A stretch of 64,000 bases of DNA from NCBI RefSeq assembly GCF_963921235.1, contig NC_086097.1, positions 89,592,001 through 89,656,000 of the forward strand. Reading direction: 5' to 3'. The notes beneath the pieces were generated by a model that was given only the letters and a program-made list of their open reading frames with translations, was not told where the DNA came from and did no database searches. Positions 47,436 through 61,254 of this stretch are shown here, piece by piece (the stretch's first letter is position 1; each line of letters opens with the position of its first letter). The stretch is from Mobula hypostoma. Lineage: Eukaryota. A program made the translations under genes and the position numbers.

Positions 47436-49954
47436 CTTACAGGCATTCATTCCAGGACAATTCCAGATATTCAACAAGATCTAGCAAATGAGGGCAAGAA
47501 GCCTAGCAGATTCTGTGTCATCAGATCTGTGGAGAAATTAAACAGTTTAGTGTGGTCAACAGATAGTACCTACAGCTCCTTTAAAGCAGTAGAAACAAGA
47601 GAATTTTAAGATTTCAAGCTCCCATATCCAGTCAGAAATGTCCTCAACTTGCTTAAAAAAATGCAATATGCTCAAAATACTCAGCAGGTCAGAATTTTCT
47701 GTTGAATTGCTTTTGGGATAAGGCCACCTGAGACTCAGCTGACACTGAAATCTAGAGGATATAGTCACCATTCCCAATGGGTCCTACAGTATAGAGCTTG
47801 TTCATAGTTGGCCATAGTGTTGCCATACTGAGGTAACAATTAGGATTGTGCAGGTTGGTTCAAGAACAAAATGGCTGAGTGAGTAAGCAAAAGGCTCCAG
47901 GAAATATTTTGGACTGTAAGTGGGATTGAGCTTCATGGAGTCATAGAATCTAATAAACTGGACTTCTGGCTCACCTCCTCCATTTGCTTCATATCCACCT
48001 GTGCCTTGCACATCTGAATGCCCCTTAGATGCAGCAATTATATTGCTTCCACCATGTCCACACAACAGCACAAACCATAATTAGAAAAGGATGAACCAGC
48101 TCTTCCTTAGGAGACAAAATACTTTCATGGATACAGAGAAAAATTAGATATCTGGAGATGGTGTACAGATCAGCCATCTTAATGATTATTGGAATAGTCT
48201 ACTGCACTTTCTATGTTCATAGGAACACAAGGAATGACATGCTATGTGTGTCTGATACATAAAGGGATTTGATGGAATGGATGTAGAAAAGATCTTTCCA
48301 TCTGACACACCAAAACTAGAGCTATATTTACAAGATAGTGTGACATACAAGGGTGCTTCCATTTATGCTTTAGTCTGTGACGGTTAGACCACTGTAAGGT
48401 CAAGGCCAAACTCAGCACAGCAGCCTGCATTAATAAAATGTCAAAAGGCATTTTCAATTGAATGCTAACAAACAAAATTTGACACCTGACATGCAAGGCA
48501 ACGGTACCAATGAAAACAGAGAATTGATGAAAATGATGGAGCTTCAGAAGAGCTTAGAAGGAAAGGAAAGTAACAAAGTTTAGGTTGAAAATTATAGAGG
48601 CTGGGAGGCCAACAAATGAAGATCCAATCACTGCTGAAAGAACACTAAAAATCAGGGCTGTCCACACAGCCAGAAGGGAAAGAGCCAGCAAGACCTAGGA
48701 AAAATGCAAGGTTGGAGAAGGCTCTCAGAGGTTCAATGCCATGGATAAACTTGAACACAAAAGTAAAAATATTTATATCAAAGCGTTTCCAGAACAGATG
48801 TAAAGATGATTGGCTAACCAGAATTCAGACTAAAGACTACATGGTTTGGAGGGAGGAGAATGCAGATGGAAATACCGAGATTGTAGATAACTCAGTCTCC
48901 CGAATGAAGCTAATTTGGAGGAATGCAAGACACCTGCTATTTTTGGCCTTTGTGTTGCTGTGTTCGAGCTGTTCTTTAATTGTAGCTAGCACATGCCCAA
49001 GTGTAGCTAGTACAATATTGCTAATGGCCTAATGAGTGAGTTTGATTTGTAATTTGAGATTGTGGCAATAAAATGCAAGAAAACCTGTTTTAATGAAAGA
49101 GCAATTGAGTGATTGTTACATCCCATCTCCTCATTCTGCACCCCAACCCCCCCCATATGGATTCATCAAGAAATAATTTATTAACTGATTCCGATCGTTA
49201 AGACGATAAAAACAGAATGCCTAAACGATGACTAGGAGTGAATAATATTAAGCTTTTGTTTGCTTCTTCTTCTCTCCACTGCTCTCCTCTCAAAAAACAT
49301 CTGCTCATATTTGGTTTACAGAAATTACACAACTTTACGGGGAGCTATTGAGATTGTCTCTATATAATTTTGATCACCATGTTAAAGGAGTGAGATATGT
49401 GCATTAGGGGCACTAAGGAGAAGGGTACAGGGTTGATTCATGTGGTGGAGAGGTTGATGCACGAAGTGACATTGAACAGGTGAGGTCTTTATTCATTGGA
49501 GTTTAGAAAAGTGAGAGATAATGTTACAGTTTGTAGGAATGTAACGGGATGGGAGGAGCGGTGATCATTGGCGATTGGACCAGATGGAAAGTAACTTAAA
49601 GGAGGACCAGGCTGCCAGACTTCAGACACTAGACGCACCAGCAGTGGCTTTTAATCTCAAAGCCCCCTTTCACTAATGGTGAAGTAGGCTTCACCTTCAG
49701 ATTAAGGCCTGCTTAGGTGCATCATTTGCCAGCCATATTCAGCCAGAAAGACTCCGCACAAGTGATATCAAAAGATGCGCGCACTCTGTTGGACATCACT
49801 GCCTATCATGACTGTCTCAGTGCATCACACATGTCTCTCATGGTCATGGCTTTTTAGCAAAGCAATCAAAATATAGTACCCATGGCAACATACCCACAGT
49901 AGCACAGGACGTTGAGCTGCTGCCTCAAAGTCTTGGAGAGTCAGGTTCAATTAT

Positions 49955-50385
49955 AAGACTATAGGACCATAAGTATTTGGGGCAGAATTAGGCCACTTGA
50001 TCATTGAGTCTGCTCTGCCATTTCATCATGGCTGATCTATTCTCCCACTCAACCACATCTTCCTGACTTCCCTCTGTAACCTTTCATGCCTTGACTAATC
50101 AAGAACCATTCAACCCCTACCTTAAATACACTGTTCACCACAACTGCTTGTGGTACTGAATTCCAGAGAATCATCACCCCCCGGCTAAAGAAATTCTTCT
50201 TCATCTCCAGTCTAACTGAACATCACTCTATTCTGAAGCAGTGCCCTCTGGAACAAGACTCCCCCACCACAGGAATTGTCCTCTCCACATCTACTCTGTC
50301 TAGGCCTTTCAACATTCGACAGGTTTCATTGAGATCCCCCTTCATTCTTCTAAATTTGAGCAAGTACAGGCCCAGAAGCATCAAC
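49955..50385 (-). mobile_element. CR1 3' fragment
   Basis: Reverse CR1 tail ataagactataggaccataag and reverse RMKGDLNETCRMLKGLDRVD. Confidence 0.8.
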
Positions 50386-50589
50386 CTAAAAGGTGGGATT
50401 AATGTAAGATGAGTGTAAGTGGAAGGTCAATGGTCAGAATAGAACCTGACATCCTGTGGCTGGTGGGTATCTGTGAAATGATATATGAAACACAGGAACT
50501 GATTGGTGCCCATATTGACACCTGTACAATATATAAGAGAAGGAGTGAAAGCAAGGAGCTCTTGAATTGAAAACCATCCAAGTGCCTAT

Positions 50590-51165
50590 CAAGAATGTGA
50601 AGTCTTTGGAGAGGGTTCAGAAGTGGCTTATGAGGATGCTGCCTGGTTTAGAGCGTCTGTGGTATTAGGAGAGGTTGAACAAAAAAGAATTGTTTTCTGT
50701 GGAGTTTCTGAGACTGAGGGGAGACATAGAAAAACATAGAAAACATAGAAAATAGGTACAGGAGTAGGCCATTCAGCCCTTTGAGCCGAGACCTGGTAGA
50801 AGTTTATATAATCTTGAGAGGCACAGACAGAGTAGAGAACTGGAATCGGTTTTGCAGTGTCTAAATGTCTAATACCAGAGGACATGTATTTAAAGTGAGA
50901 AGGGGAAAGTTCAAAGGAGTTCTGAGGGTCAATTTTTTTTTAACGAAGTGGTGGGTGCCTGGTATGCACTGCCAGGGGTGGTGGTAAATGCAGATATGAC
51001 AGGGGTGTTAAAGAGGCCATTTGACAGGCATGTTAAGTGCAGAGAATGGAAGGATATGCATCATGCACAGGCAGATAGGACTTAGGTGGCATTAGTTTAA
51101 TTAATTCAGCAGAACACCTTGGGCCAAAGTTTCTGCTCCTATATTATACTGCTCCATGTTGTTTA
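50590..51165 (+). mobile_element. CR1 3' fragment (with a small reverse CR1 tail at 50726-50790)
   Basis: LERVQK..RMLPGL..TRGH.FKVRRGKFKG..AWYALP. Confidence 0.8.
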
Positions 51166-51279
51166 AGAAGTCTGTGCACCCTCCAATTGGAATGAGAATG
51201 TGGAAGCATCTGAGGATGGGCATGCTATATGACCAATAGCAGGAGACTGGGGGGGGATGAGGCGAGGTTTTCAGGGACC

Positions 51280-54200
51280 CTCCTGGTTGTACCTGAACTT
51301 GAGGGGGAGCAATATCCTTGTAGGTAGGTTCGCTAGCATGGTTCGGGAGGGTTTAAACTAATTTGCAAGGGGAATGGAACCCAGAACGATAGAGCAGTGA
51401 ACGAAGTGCATGGAGTAAAGCCAGATCTTACATATAGAGAGGCTTTGAGGAAAGAGAAGCAGAATAAAACAGTGTAAAGACAGTAAGGTAGATGGGCTGA
51501 AATGTATGTACCTCAATGCAAGAAGCATCAGGAACAAAGGTGATGAACTGAGAGCTTGGATACACACATGGAATTATGATGTAGTGGCCATTACAGAGAC
51601 TTGGCTGGCACCAGGGCAGGAATGGATTCTCAATATTCCTGGATTTCAGTACTTTAAAAGGGATAGAGAGGGCGGAAAAAGGGGAGGAAGGTGGCATTAC
51701 TGGTCAGGGATACTATTACAGCTACAGAAAGGGTGGGTAATGTAGCAGGATCCTCTTTTGAGTCAGTATGGATGGAAGTCAGGAACAGGAAGGGAGCAGT
51801 TACTCTATTGGGGGTATTCTATAGGCCCCCTGGTAGCAGTAGAGATACAGAGGAGCAGATTGGGAGGCAGATTTTGGAAAGGTGCAAAAATAACAAGGTT
51901 GTTATCATGGGTAACTTTAACTTCCCTAATATTGATTGGCACCTGATTAGTTCCAAGGGTTTAGATGGGACAGAATTTGTTAAGTGTGTCCAGGATGGAT
52001 TCCTGTCACAGTATGTGGACAGGCCGACTGGGGGAATGCCATACTAGATCTAGTACTAGGTAATGAACCGGGTCAGGTCACAGATCTCTCAGTGGGTAAG
52101 CATCTGGAGGACAGTGACCACCGCTCCCTGGCTTTTAGCATTATCATGGAAAAGGATAGAATCAGAGAGGACAGGAAAATTTTTAATTGGGGAAGGGCAA
52201 ATTATGAGGCTATAAGGCTAGAACTTGCAGGTGTGAATTGGGGTGATGTTTTTGCAGGGAAATGTACTATGGACATGTGGTCGATGTTTAGAGATCTCTT
52301 GCAGGATGTTAGGGATAAATTTGTCCCAGTGAGGAGGATAAAGAATGACAGGGTGAAGGAACCATGGGTGACAAGTGAGGTAGAAAATCTAGTCAAGTGG
52401 AAGAAGGCAGCATACATGAGGTTTAGGAAGCAGGGATCAGATGGGTCTATTGAGGAATACAGGGGAGCAAGAAAGGAGCTTAAGAAGGGGCTGAGAAGAG
52501 CAAGAAGGGGGCATGAGAAGGCCTTGGCAAGTAGGGTAAAGGAAAACCTTAAGGCATTCTTCAATTATGTGAAGGTAAAAAGGATGACAGGAATGAAGGT
52601 AGGACTGATTAGAGATAAAGGTGGGAAGATGTGCCTGGAGGCTGTGGAAGTGAGCGAGGTCCTCAGTGAATACTTCTCTTTGGTATTCACCAATGAGAGG
52701 GAACTTGATGATGGTGAGGACAATATGAGTGAGGCTGATGTTCTGGAGCATGTTGATATTAAGGGAGAGGAGGTGTTGGAGTTGTTAAAATACATTAGGA
52801 CGGATAAGTCCCCGGGGCCTGATGGAATATTCCCCAGGCTGCTCCACGAGGCGAGGGAAGAGATTTCTGAGCCTCTGGCTAGGATCTTTATGTCCTTGTT
52901 GTCCACGGGAATAGTACCGGAGGATTGGAGGGAGGCGAAGGTAGGGATAGTCCGGGTAATTATAGACCAGTGAGCCTTACGTCTGTGGTGGGAAAGCTGC
53001 TGGAAAAGATTCTTAGAGATAGGATCTCTGGGCATTTAGAGAATCATAGCCTGATCAGGGACAGCCAGCATGGCTTTGTGAAGGACAGATCATGTCTAAC
53101 AAGCCTGATAGAGTTCTTTGAGGAGGTGACCAGGCATATAGATGAGGGTAGTCCAGTGGATGTGATCTATATGGATTTTAGTAAGGCATTTGACAAGGTT
53201 CCACACGGTAGGCTTATCCAGAAAGTCGGAAGGCATGGGATCCAGGGAAGGTTGGCCAGGTGGATTCAGAATTGGCTTGCCTGCAGAAGGCAGAGAGTCG
53301 TGGTGGAGGGAGTACATTCATATTGGAGGATTGTGACTAGTGGTGTCCCACAAGAATCTGTTCTGGGACCTCTACTTTTCGTGATTTTTATTAACAACCT
53401 GGATATGGGGGTAGAAGGGTGGGTTGGCAAGTTTTAGATGATACGAAGGTTGGTGGTCTTGTAGATAGTGTAGAGGATTGTCAAAGACTGCAGAGAGACA
53501 TTGATAGGATGCAGAAGTGGGCTGAGAAGTGGCAGATGGAGTTCAACCCGGAGAAGTGTGAGGTGGTACACTTTGGAAGGACAAACTCCAAGGCAGAGTA
53601 CAAAGTAAATGGCAGGATACTTGGTAGTGTGGAGGAACAGAGGGATCTGGGGGTACATGTCCACAGATCCCTGAAAGTTGCCTCACAGATGGATAGGGTA
53701 GTTAAGAAAGCTTATGGGGTGTTAGCTTTCATAAGTCGAGGGATAAGAGTTTAAGAGTCGCGAAGTAATGATGCAGCTCTATAAAACTCTGGTTAGGCCA
53801 CACTTGGAGTACTGTGTCCAGTTCTGGTCGCCTCACTATAGGAAGGATGTGGAGGCATTGGAAAGGGTACAGAGGAGATTTACCAGGATGCTGCCTGGTT
53901 TAGAGAGTATGCATTATGATCAGAGATTAAGGGAGCTAGGGCTTTACTCTTTGGAGAGAAGGAGGATGAGAGAAGACATGATAGAGGTGTACAAGATAAT
54001 AAGAGGAATAGATAGAGTGGATAGCCAGCGCCTCTTCCCCAGGGCACCACTGCTCAATACAAGAGGACATGGCTTTAAGGTAAGGGGTGGGAAGTTCAAG
54101 GGGGATATTAGAAGAAGGTTTTGTACTCAGAGAGTGGTTGGTACGTGGAATGCACTGCCTGAGTCAGTGGTGGAGGCAGATACACTAGTGAAGTTTAAGA

Positions 54201-54325
54201 GACTACTAGACAGGTATATGGAGGAATTTAAGGTGGGGGCTTATATGGGAGGCAGTGTTTGAGGGTCGGCACAACATTGTGTGCCAAAGGGCCTGTACTG
54301 TGCTGTACTATTCTATGTTCTATGA
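51280..54325 (+). mobile_element. near-complete CR1 LINE: end of ORF1 (esterase-like) and full-length but frameshifted ORF2 (APE + RT)
   Basis: [85 protein letters not shown]; frameshifts near 51690, 52035, 52940, 53432, 53748; (TTCTATG)n tail. Confidence 0.95.
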
Positions 54326-55064
54326 ATGTGAGTTGAAGACTATGCCTCACTCCAAACATTGGGTGGGCCAGGCAGAGTGCTGGAAATAAACAAGTGAACA
54401 CATGGGTACAGAACAGGAGCTTACATTATTGTATTTACGTGTTGATGCTGGCTGTTTTGACTGAATTATCTTGTTGGTGTTCCCTTCCCCCTTCATGGGC
54501 ATTGGCTTGACACAATCAGGCAATGCAATGAAAACAGTGTTTGTTACTTTAATTAGAGTGCCTGGGGCTAATCGTTGTGTGACAGTAAGTGTGCTGGAGG
54601 CTGAGGTACTGATTACTGTAATGACTGTCATCATGGGATTAAGTAACATCTGTAGCAGGGTTCTGTCCCTATACTGCTCACAAGAAGAAAACCTTGTTAG
54701 TTCCTCTACAGTAAAAGCTAGCCTACTTGTTTACAGCAGCAGACTGATTCTAGTAACTCCAAAGCACAAGAAGCTACAGGGAGGGCTAGACTCAGCCAGT
54801 TTCATCGCGGGTTCATCTCTGCCCGCCATTGAGGTGAGGTCTCAGGAAGGTGTCGTCTATCATCAGGTACCCCCACCTTCCAGGCCATGCCCTCTTTTCA
54901 TTGCTGGCATCAGACCGTAGACACTCGAACCTGAAGATCCACACCTCAAGATTCAACAATAGCTTCTTCCACATTACCATCAGGTTCTTGAATAGACCTG
55001 AGAAACATTAATTCTACCTTGGACCATGTTAACTTAAGGTTATTTAATTTACGTTTGTTATGTT

Positions 55065-56000
55065 TGTCTCAGGGATGTGTGCTTAGCCCACTGCTCTTTT
55101 CTTTCCACACCCATGACTGTGTGGCTAGGCACAGCTCAAATGCCTTCTATAAGTCTGCTGACAATACGACTATTGTTGGCAGAGTTTCAGATGGTGGCGA
55201 GAAGGTGTACAGGAGCAAGATATATCAACTAGTGGAGTGGTGTCGCAGCAACAACCTTGCACTCAGTGTCGGTAAGACCAAAGAACTGATTGTGGACTTC
55301 AGAAAGGGTGAGATGAGGGAACACAAACCAGTCCTCATAGAGGGATCAGAAGTGGAAAGAGTGAACGATTTCAAGTTCCTGGGGGTCAAGATCTCTGAGG
55401 ATCTAACCTGGACCCAACATATCAATGCAGTTACAAAGAAGGCATGACAACGGCTATATTTCATGAGGAGTTTGAGGAGATTTGGAATGTCACCAGAGGC
55501 ACTTGCAAATTTCTACAGATGTACTGCGGGGAACATTCTAACTAGCTGCATCACTGTCTGGTATGGTTTGGGGGGGGAGGGGTATCTCACAGGATCGAAA
55601 TAAGCTGCAGAAAGTTGTAAACTTTGTAGCACCCATGGGCACTAGCCTCCGTAGTATCCAGGTCATCTTCAAGGAGTGATGTCCATCACCTACGTCATGC
55701 CTTGTTCTCATTGCTACCACAAAGAAGGATGTACAGGAGCCTGGAGACACACACACAGTGATTCAGGAACAGCTTCTTCCCCTCTGCTATCTGATTTCTA
55801 AATGGACATTGAACCCATGAACACTACCTCACTACATTTTTTAGTTCTATTTTTGCACTACTTATTTAATTAGCTATTATATACATACTTACTGTAATTC
55901 ATGTTTTTTCCTATTATTATGTATTGCATTTTACTGCTGCCGCAAAGACAACACATTTCATGATATATGCTGGTGATATTAAACCTGATTCTGACTCTGA
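55065..56000 (+). mobile_element. Rex-type LINE RT and 3' end
   Basis: [36 protein letters not shown]; (TCTGAT) tail. Confidence 0.88.
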
Positions 56001-56308
56001 TTTATATTGTACTGTGATGCTGCTAAAAAGAGCAGATCTTCATGGCATTTATACCCTGCATATCCACGCCCATGACAGTAACTTCAGCTTGAACGTGAGT
56101 GTTTTCCCAGGAGCGGATTTTCAATGACATCCCAGTTAATGATACAGGACCAGACAAGATTTTCCAGTCTAGTTATAACTGGTACCTGCCCAGAGAAGCA
56201 AACCTGTGTGGATATTAGTGTTACCGAAATTGATGACATTCAAAGAGAGAACTCAGCTCTAGTTGGAGTCCCTCCTCACACATACAGTACTGTACAAAAT
56301 TCTTAGGA

Positions 56309-56345
<37 letters not shown>

Positions 56346-56349
56346 AGAC

Positions 56350-57640
56350 TAAGACTACTGACCTATACCCTACTGACTCTCACAGCTACTATCTGGACTA
56401 TTCTTCTTCTCACCCTGTCTCTTGCAAAAATGCCATCCCCTTCTCGCAATTCCTCCGTCTCTGCCGCATCTGCTCTCAGGATGAGACTTTTCATTCCAGG
56501 ATGAGGGAGATATCTTCCTTTTTTAAAGAAAGGGGCTTCCCTTCCTCCACCATCAACTCTGCTCTCAAATGCATCTCCCCCATTTCACGTACATCTGTTC
56601 TCACTGCATCCTCCCGCCACCCCACTAGGAATAGGGTTCTCCTGGTCCTCACCTACCACCCCACCAGCCTCCGGGTCCAACATATTATTCTCCGTAACTT
56701 CCGCCACCTCCAACGGGATCCCACCACTAAGCACATCTTTCCCTCCCCCCCTCTCTGCTTTCTGCAGGGATCGTTCCCTATGCGACTCCCCTGTCCATTC
56801 GTCCCCCCCATCCCTTCCCACTGATCTCCCTCCTGGCACTTATCCTTGTAAGCCGAACAAGTGCTACACATGCCCTTACACTTCCTCCCTCACCACCATT
56901 CAGGGTCCCAGACAGTCCTTCCAGGTGAGGCGACACTTCACCTGTGAGTCGGCTGGGGTGATATACTGCGTCCAGTGCTCCCGATGTGGCCTTCTATATA
57001 TTGGCGAGACCCAACACAGGCTGGGAGACCGCTTTGCTGAACACCTATGCTCTGTCCGCCAGAGAAAGCAGGATCTCCCAGTGGCCACACATTTTAATTC
57101 CACATCCCATTCCCATTCTGACATGTCTATCCACGGCCTCCTCTACTGTCAAGATGAAGCCACACTCAGGTTGGAGGAACAACACCTTATATTCCGTCTG
57201 GGTAGCCTCCAACCTGATGGCATGAACATTGACTTCTCTAACTTCCGCTAATGCCCCACCTCCCCCTCGTACCCCATCTGTTACTTATTTTTATACACAC
57301 ATTCTTTCTCTCACTCTCCTTTTTCTCCCTCTGTCCCTCTGACTATACCCCTTGCCCATCCTCTGGGTTCCCTCCCCGCTTGTCTTTCTCCCTGGGCCTC
57401 CTGTCCCATGACCCTCTCCTATCCCTTTTGCCAATCACCTGTCCAGCTCTTGGCTCCATCCCTCCCCCTCCTGTCTTCTCCTATCATTTTGGATCTCCCC
57501 CTCCCCCTCCCACTTTCAAATCTCTTACTAGCTCTTCCTTCAGTTAGCCCTGACGAAGGGTCTCGACCTGCAACGTCGACTGTACCTCTTCCTAGAGATG
57601 CTGCCTGGCCTGCTGCGTTCACCAGCAACTTTGATGTGTG
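56350..57640 (+). mobile_element. 5'-truncated Penelope-like element (Neptune-type): RT thumb, Cys-rich linker, GIY-YIG endonuclease, pLTR with hammerhead motif
   Basis: LDYSSSHPVSCKNAIPFSQFLRL.RICS..F.ERGFP; C...KCYTC; FTCESAGVIYCVQCSRCGLLYIGETQHRLGDRFAEH..VATHFN..EQHLIFRLGSLQPDGMN. Confidence 0.92.
57546..57582 (+). ncRNA. minimal type I hammerhead ribozyme motif (mutated, probably inactive)
   Basis: agcc-CTGACGA-agggtctcgacct-GcAA-CGTC-gactg; GAAA core changed to GCAA. Confidence 0.6.
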
Positions 57641-58454
57641 TCGCCTAAGACTTCTGCACAGTTCTGTATATGTCAACGTGGAGCGGAGAGTGAGTTTGTA
57701 AATCTAAGGATGTTGGGAATGGTAAGGGTGGAGCGCCAAGGGAGGGTGTGGGACTAGTGGCAGAGAAGTGGCGCGGGTGCAGACCTGACCTTGAGACAGC
57801 AGGCAAGATCATTTGATTCCAAACAATTGGTTTATTGATCATTACAGAATGTCTCTCTCATGCTTCCCACTCCCTCTCCTCTCCCTTCCCCTTTTCCCAA
57901 CCATGATTCCGTTCTCCTTTCCCCTTTACCCAACCATGATTCCCTTCTCCCTTCCCCTTTTCCCAACCATGATTTCCCTGTCCCTGTCCCTTTCCCACTC
58001 TCAGTTCACAATAGAGACCTGTATCAGAATCAGGCATATCATCACCCACATATGCCATGAATCTTTTTTGGTGTGGTGGTAGTACAGTGTAGTACATAAA
58101 ATTACCACAGTACTGTGCGTAAGTCTCAGGCACCATAGATATATATATACGTGCCTAAGACTTTCGCACAGTACTGTAAGAAGATGGTTGAAATTGTTGG
58201 AGGTCAATGTTTCAGCTCCAGGACATCAGTTCCACAGAGCCAGATGGTTCAACTGTCCTTAGTTGTACATCAATGATTTTCCTTCCATCTTAATGTCAGA
58301 AGTAATGGCTGAGCTATCTTCAATATCAATCAGAACTCTTTGGGAAGTGAAACAGCTCCTGCCTGCATGCAACAAGACAGACTTACATCAATTATGAGGC
58401 ATGGTCCCTGACTGAAGCACATTCCAGGACTGATAAATGGCGAGAAATATTTGT

Positions 58455-61085
58455 GTCAGAGGGGTATAGATAGTGTAAATGCAAGCAGACATTTTCCATT
58501 GAAATTGGGTGAGAGTAGAACTAGAGGTCATGGGTTAAGGGTGAACATGAGGGGGAACTTCTTTACTCAGGCGAGGATTGTGGAAGAACTTGCTTGCGAA
58601 TGCGGGTTTGATTTCAACATTTATGAGAAATTTGGATAGGTACGTAGATGGGAGGGATATGGTGGACTCTAGTCCGGGTGCAATTTGATCTCCTCTCCCC
58701 TCCCCCCCCCCCCATTGGGAAGGTCAGATCACAACCTGGTGCATCTAAAACCCTGCTACGTGCTTCTGGTGAAGAGTAAACCTGCAACCTCGAGGACAGT
58801 GAGGAAATGGTCGGAGGAGGCTTATGAGGCGCTCCAGAGTTGTTTTGAGGTGACAGACTGGCAGGCACTCTGTGAGCCACATGGAGAGGATATTGATGGG
58901 CTCACAGAATGCATCACTGATTACATCAACTTCTGTGTGGACTGCAATATTCTGACAAGATCTGTCCTTTGTTATTCAAATAACAAGCCATGGGTAACAA
59001 AGGACATTAAAGGCATCCTGAACGCTAAGAAGAGGGCGTTTAGAGATGGAAATAGGGAGGAGCTGAGGGCAATACAGAGGGACCTGAAAGCCAGGATCAG
59101 GGAGGCTAAAGACAGGTACAGGAGGAAGCTTGAGTGGAAACTCCAGCAGAACAACATGAGAGAGGTCTGGAGGGGATGAGGACTATCACTGGGTTCCGGC
59201 AAACTAGCAACAGAGGAGCTGAAGGCAGTGTGGACAGGGCCAACGAACTTAACCTGTTCTTTAACAGATTTGACATTGTGGCCCCTGCCCATCCCCCACA
59301 TAATTCATCTGTTGTCGGCCAACAACCAACACTTATTCCACTTTCCCCTCCTACCCCTCCTCACAGTCTCCCACCCTGCTCTCATGACTATACCCCTTCC
59401 CCACACGAAATCACCATGGTGGGCTTCACAGCTGAACAGGTGAGAAGACAGTTGAAATGTCTCAACCCAAGCAAGGCTGCAGGCCCGGATGGTGTCAGTA
59501 CCAGGGTGTTCACAGCCTGTGCCTGTCAGCTATGTGGAGTACTTTGCCATGTCTTCAACCTGAGCCTGAGTCTCCAGAGGGTTCCTGTGCTGTGGAAGAC
59601 ATCCTGCCTCGTCCCTGTGCCGAAGACGCCGTGCCCCAGCGGCCTCAATGACTACAGACCGGTGGCATTGATCTCCCACATCATGAAGAACCTGGAGAGA
59701 CTTGTTCTGGAGCTGCTCCGGCCTATGGTTAGGCCACACTTAGATCCCCTCCAGTTCGCCTACCAGCCCCGACTAGGAATTAAGGATGCCATCGTCTACC
59801 TGCTGAACCATGTCTATGCCCACCTGGACAAGCCAGCGAGCACTGTGAGGGTCATGTTTTTTGACTTCTCCAGTGCGTTCAACACCATCAGCCCTGCTCT
59901 GCTGGGGGAGAAGCTGACAGCGATGCAGGAGGATGCTTTCCTGGTGTTATGGATTCTTGATTACCTGACTGGCAGACCACAGTACGTGTGCTTGCAACAC
60001 TGTGTGTCCGACAGAGTGATCAGCAGCACTGGGGCTCCACAGGGGACTGTCCTGTCTCCCTTTCTCTTCACCATTTACACCTCAGACTTCAACTACTGCA
60101 CAGAGTCTTGTCATCTTCAGAAGTTTTCTGATAACTCTACCATAGTTGGATGCATCAGCAAGGGAGATGAGGCGGAGTACAGGGCTATGGTAGGAAACTT
60201 TGTCACATAGTGTGAGCAGAATTATCTGCAGGTTAATGTGAAAAAGACTAAGGAGCTGGTGGTAGACCTGAGGAAGGCTAAGGTACCGGTGACCCCTGTT
60301 TTCATCCAGGGGGTCAGTGTGGACATGGTGGAGGATTACAAATACCTGGGGATACGAATTGACAATAAACTGGACTGGTCAAAGAACACTGAGGCTGTCT
60401 ACAAGAAGGGTCAGAGCCGTCTCTATTTCCTGAGGAGACTGAGGTCTTTTAACATCTGCCGGACGATGCTGAGGATGTTCTATGAGTCTGTGGTGGCCAG
60501 TGCTATCATGTTTGCTGTTGTGTGCTGGGGCAGCAGGCTGAGGGTAGCAGACACCAACAGAATCAACAAACTCATTCGTGAGGCCAATGATGTTGTGGGG
60601 ATGGAACTCGACTCTCTGACGGTGGTGTCTGAAAAGAGGATGCTGTCCAAGTTGCATGCCATCTTGGACAATGTCTCCCATTCACTACATAATGTACTGG
60701 TTGGGCACAGGAGTACATTCAGCTAGAGACTCATTCCTCCGAGATGCAACACAGAGCGTCATAGGAAGTCATTCCTGCCTGTGGCCATCAAACTTTACAA
60801 CTCTTCCCTTGGAGGGTCAGACACCCTGAGCCAATAGGCTGGTCCTGGACTTATTTCCTGGCATAATTTACATATTACTATTTAATTATTTATGGGTTTA
60901 TTACTATTTAATTATTTATGGTGCAACGGTAACGAAAACCAATTTCCCTCGGGATCAATAAAGTATGACTATGACTATGACTATGACTATGACTATGATG
61001 GGACTAGGCAGCATAATAGTTTGGCAGGGATTAGATGGGCCAAAGGTCCTGTTACTGTGCTGTACTGTTCGATGATTCTAAGTTC
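58455..61085 (+). mobile_element. CR1 3' fragment split by the Rex element
   Basis: RGIDSVNASRHFPL..TRGHGLRV (58455-58684); tail tgggactagg..gggccaaaggtcctgtt resumes at 60998. Confidence 0.75.
58685..60997 (+). mobile_element. 5'-truncated Rex1/Babar-type LINE (end of APE, RT, C-terminus), few disabling mutations
   Basis: [77 protein letters not shown]; (TATGAC)n tail. Confidence 0.93.
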
Positions 61086-61254
61086 TAGGCCATGGCTATC
61101 TATAGGAAGAGGCTTTCTAAGCACCTGCTTTCGACATTCAGTGGTGTTGTTATCATCAAATCCCATCATTAATTGCTGAAGTTGCCATTAAATGGAACGT
61201 TATTTGGATCAACCTGCAGATCCAAGAGCAGATCAGAGGTCGGTGCTCTTGAAA

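Larger units (their letters stand above)
56285..58176. mobile_element. Tc1-like composite MITE, copy 2 (TA-flanked), interrupted by a Penelope element
   Basis: ta|cagtactgtacaaaattcttagg at left; right hairpin 58108-58176 ending gcacagtactg|ta; body homologous to 6720-7130. Confidence 0.8.

Noticed and set aside
51280..54325. Active CR1
   Set aside because: At least five frameshifts in ORF2, and most of ORF1 is missing
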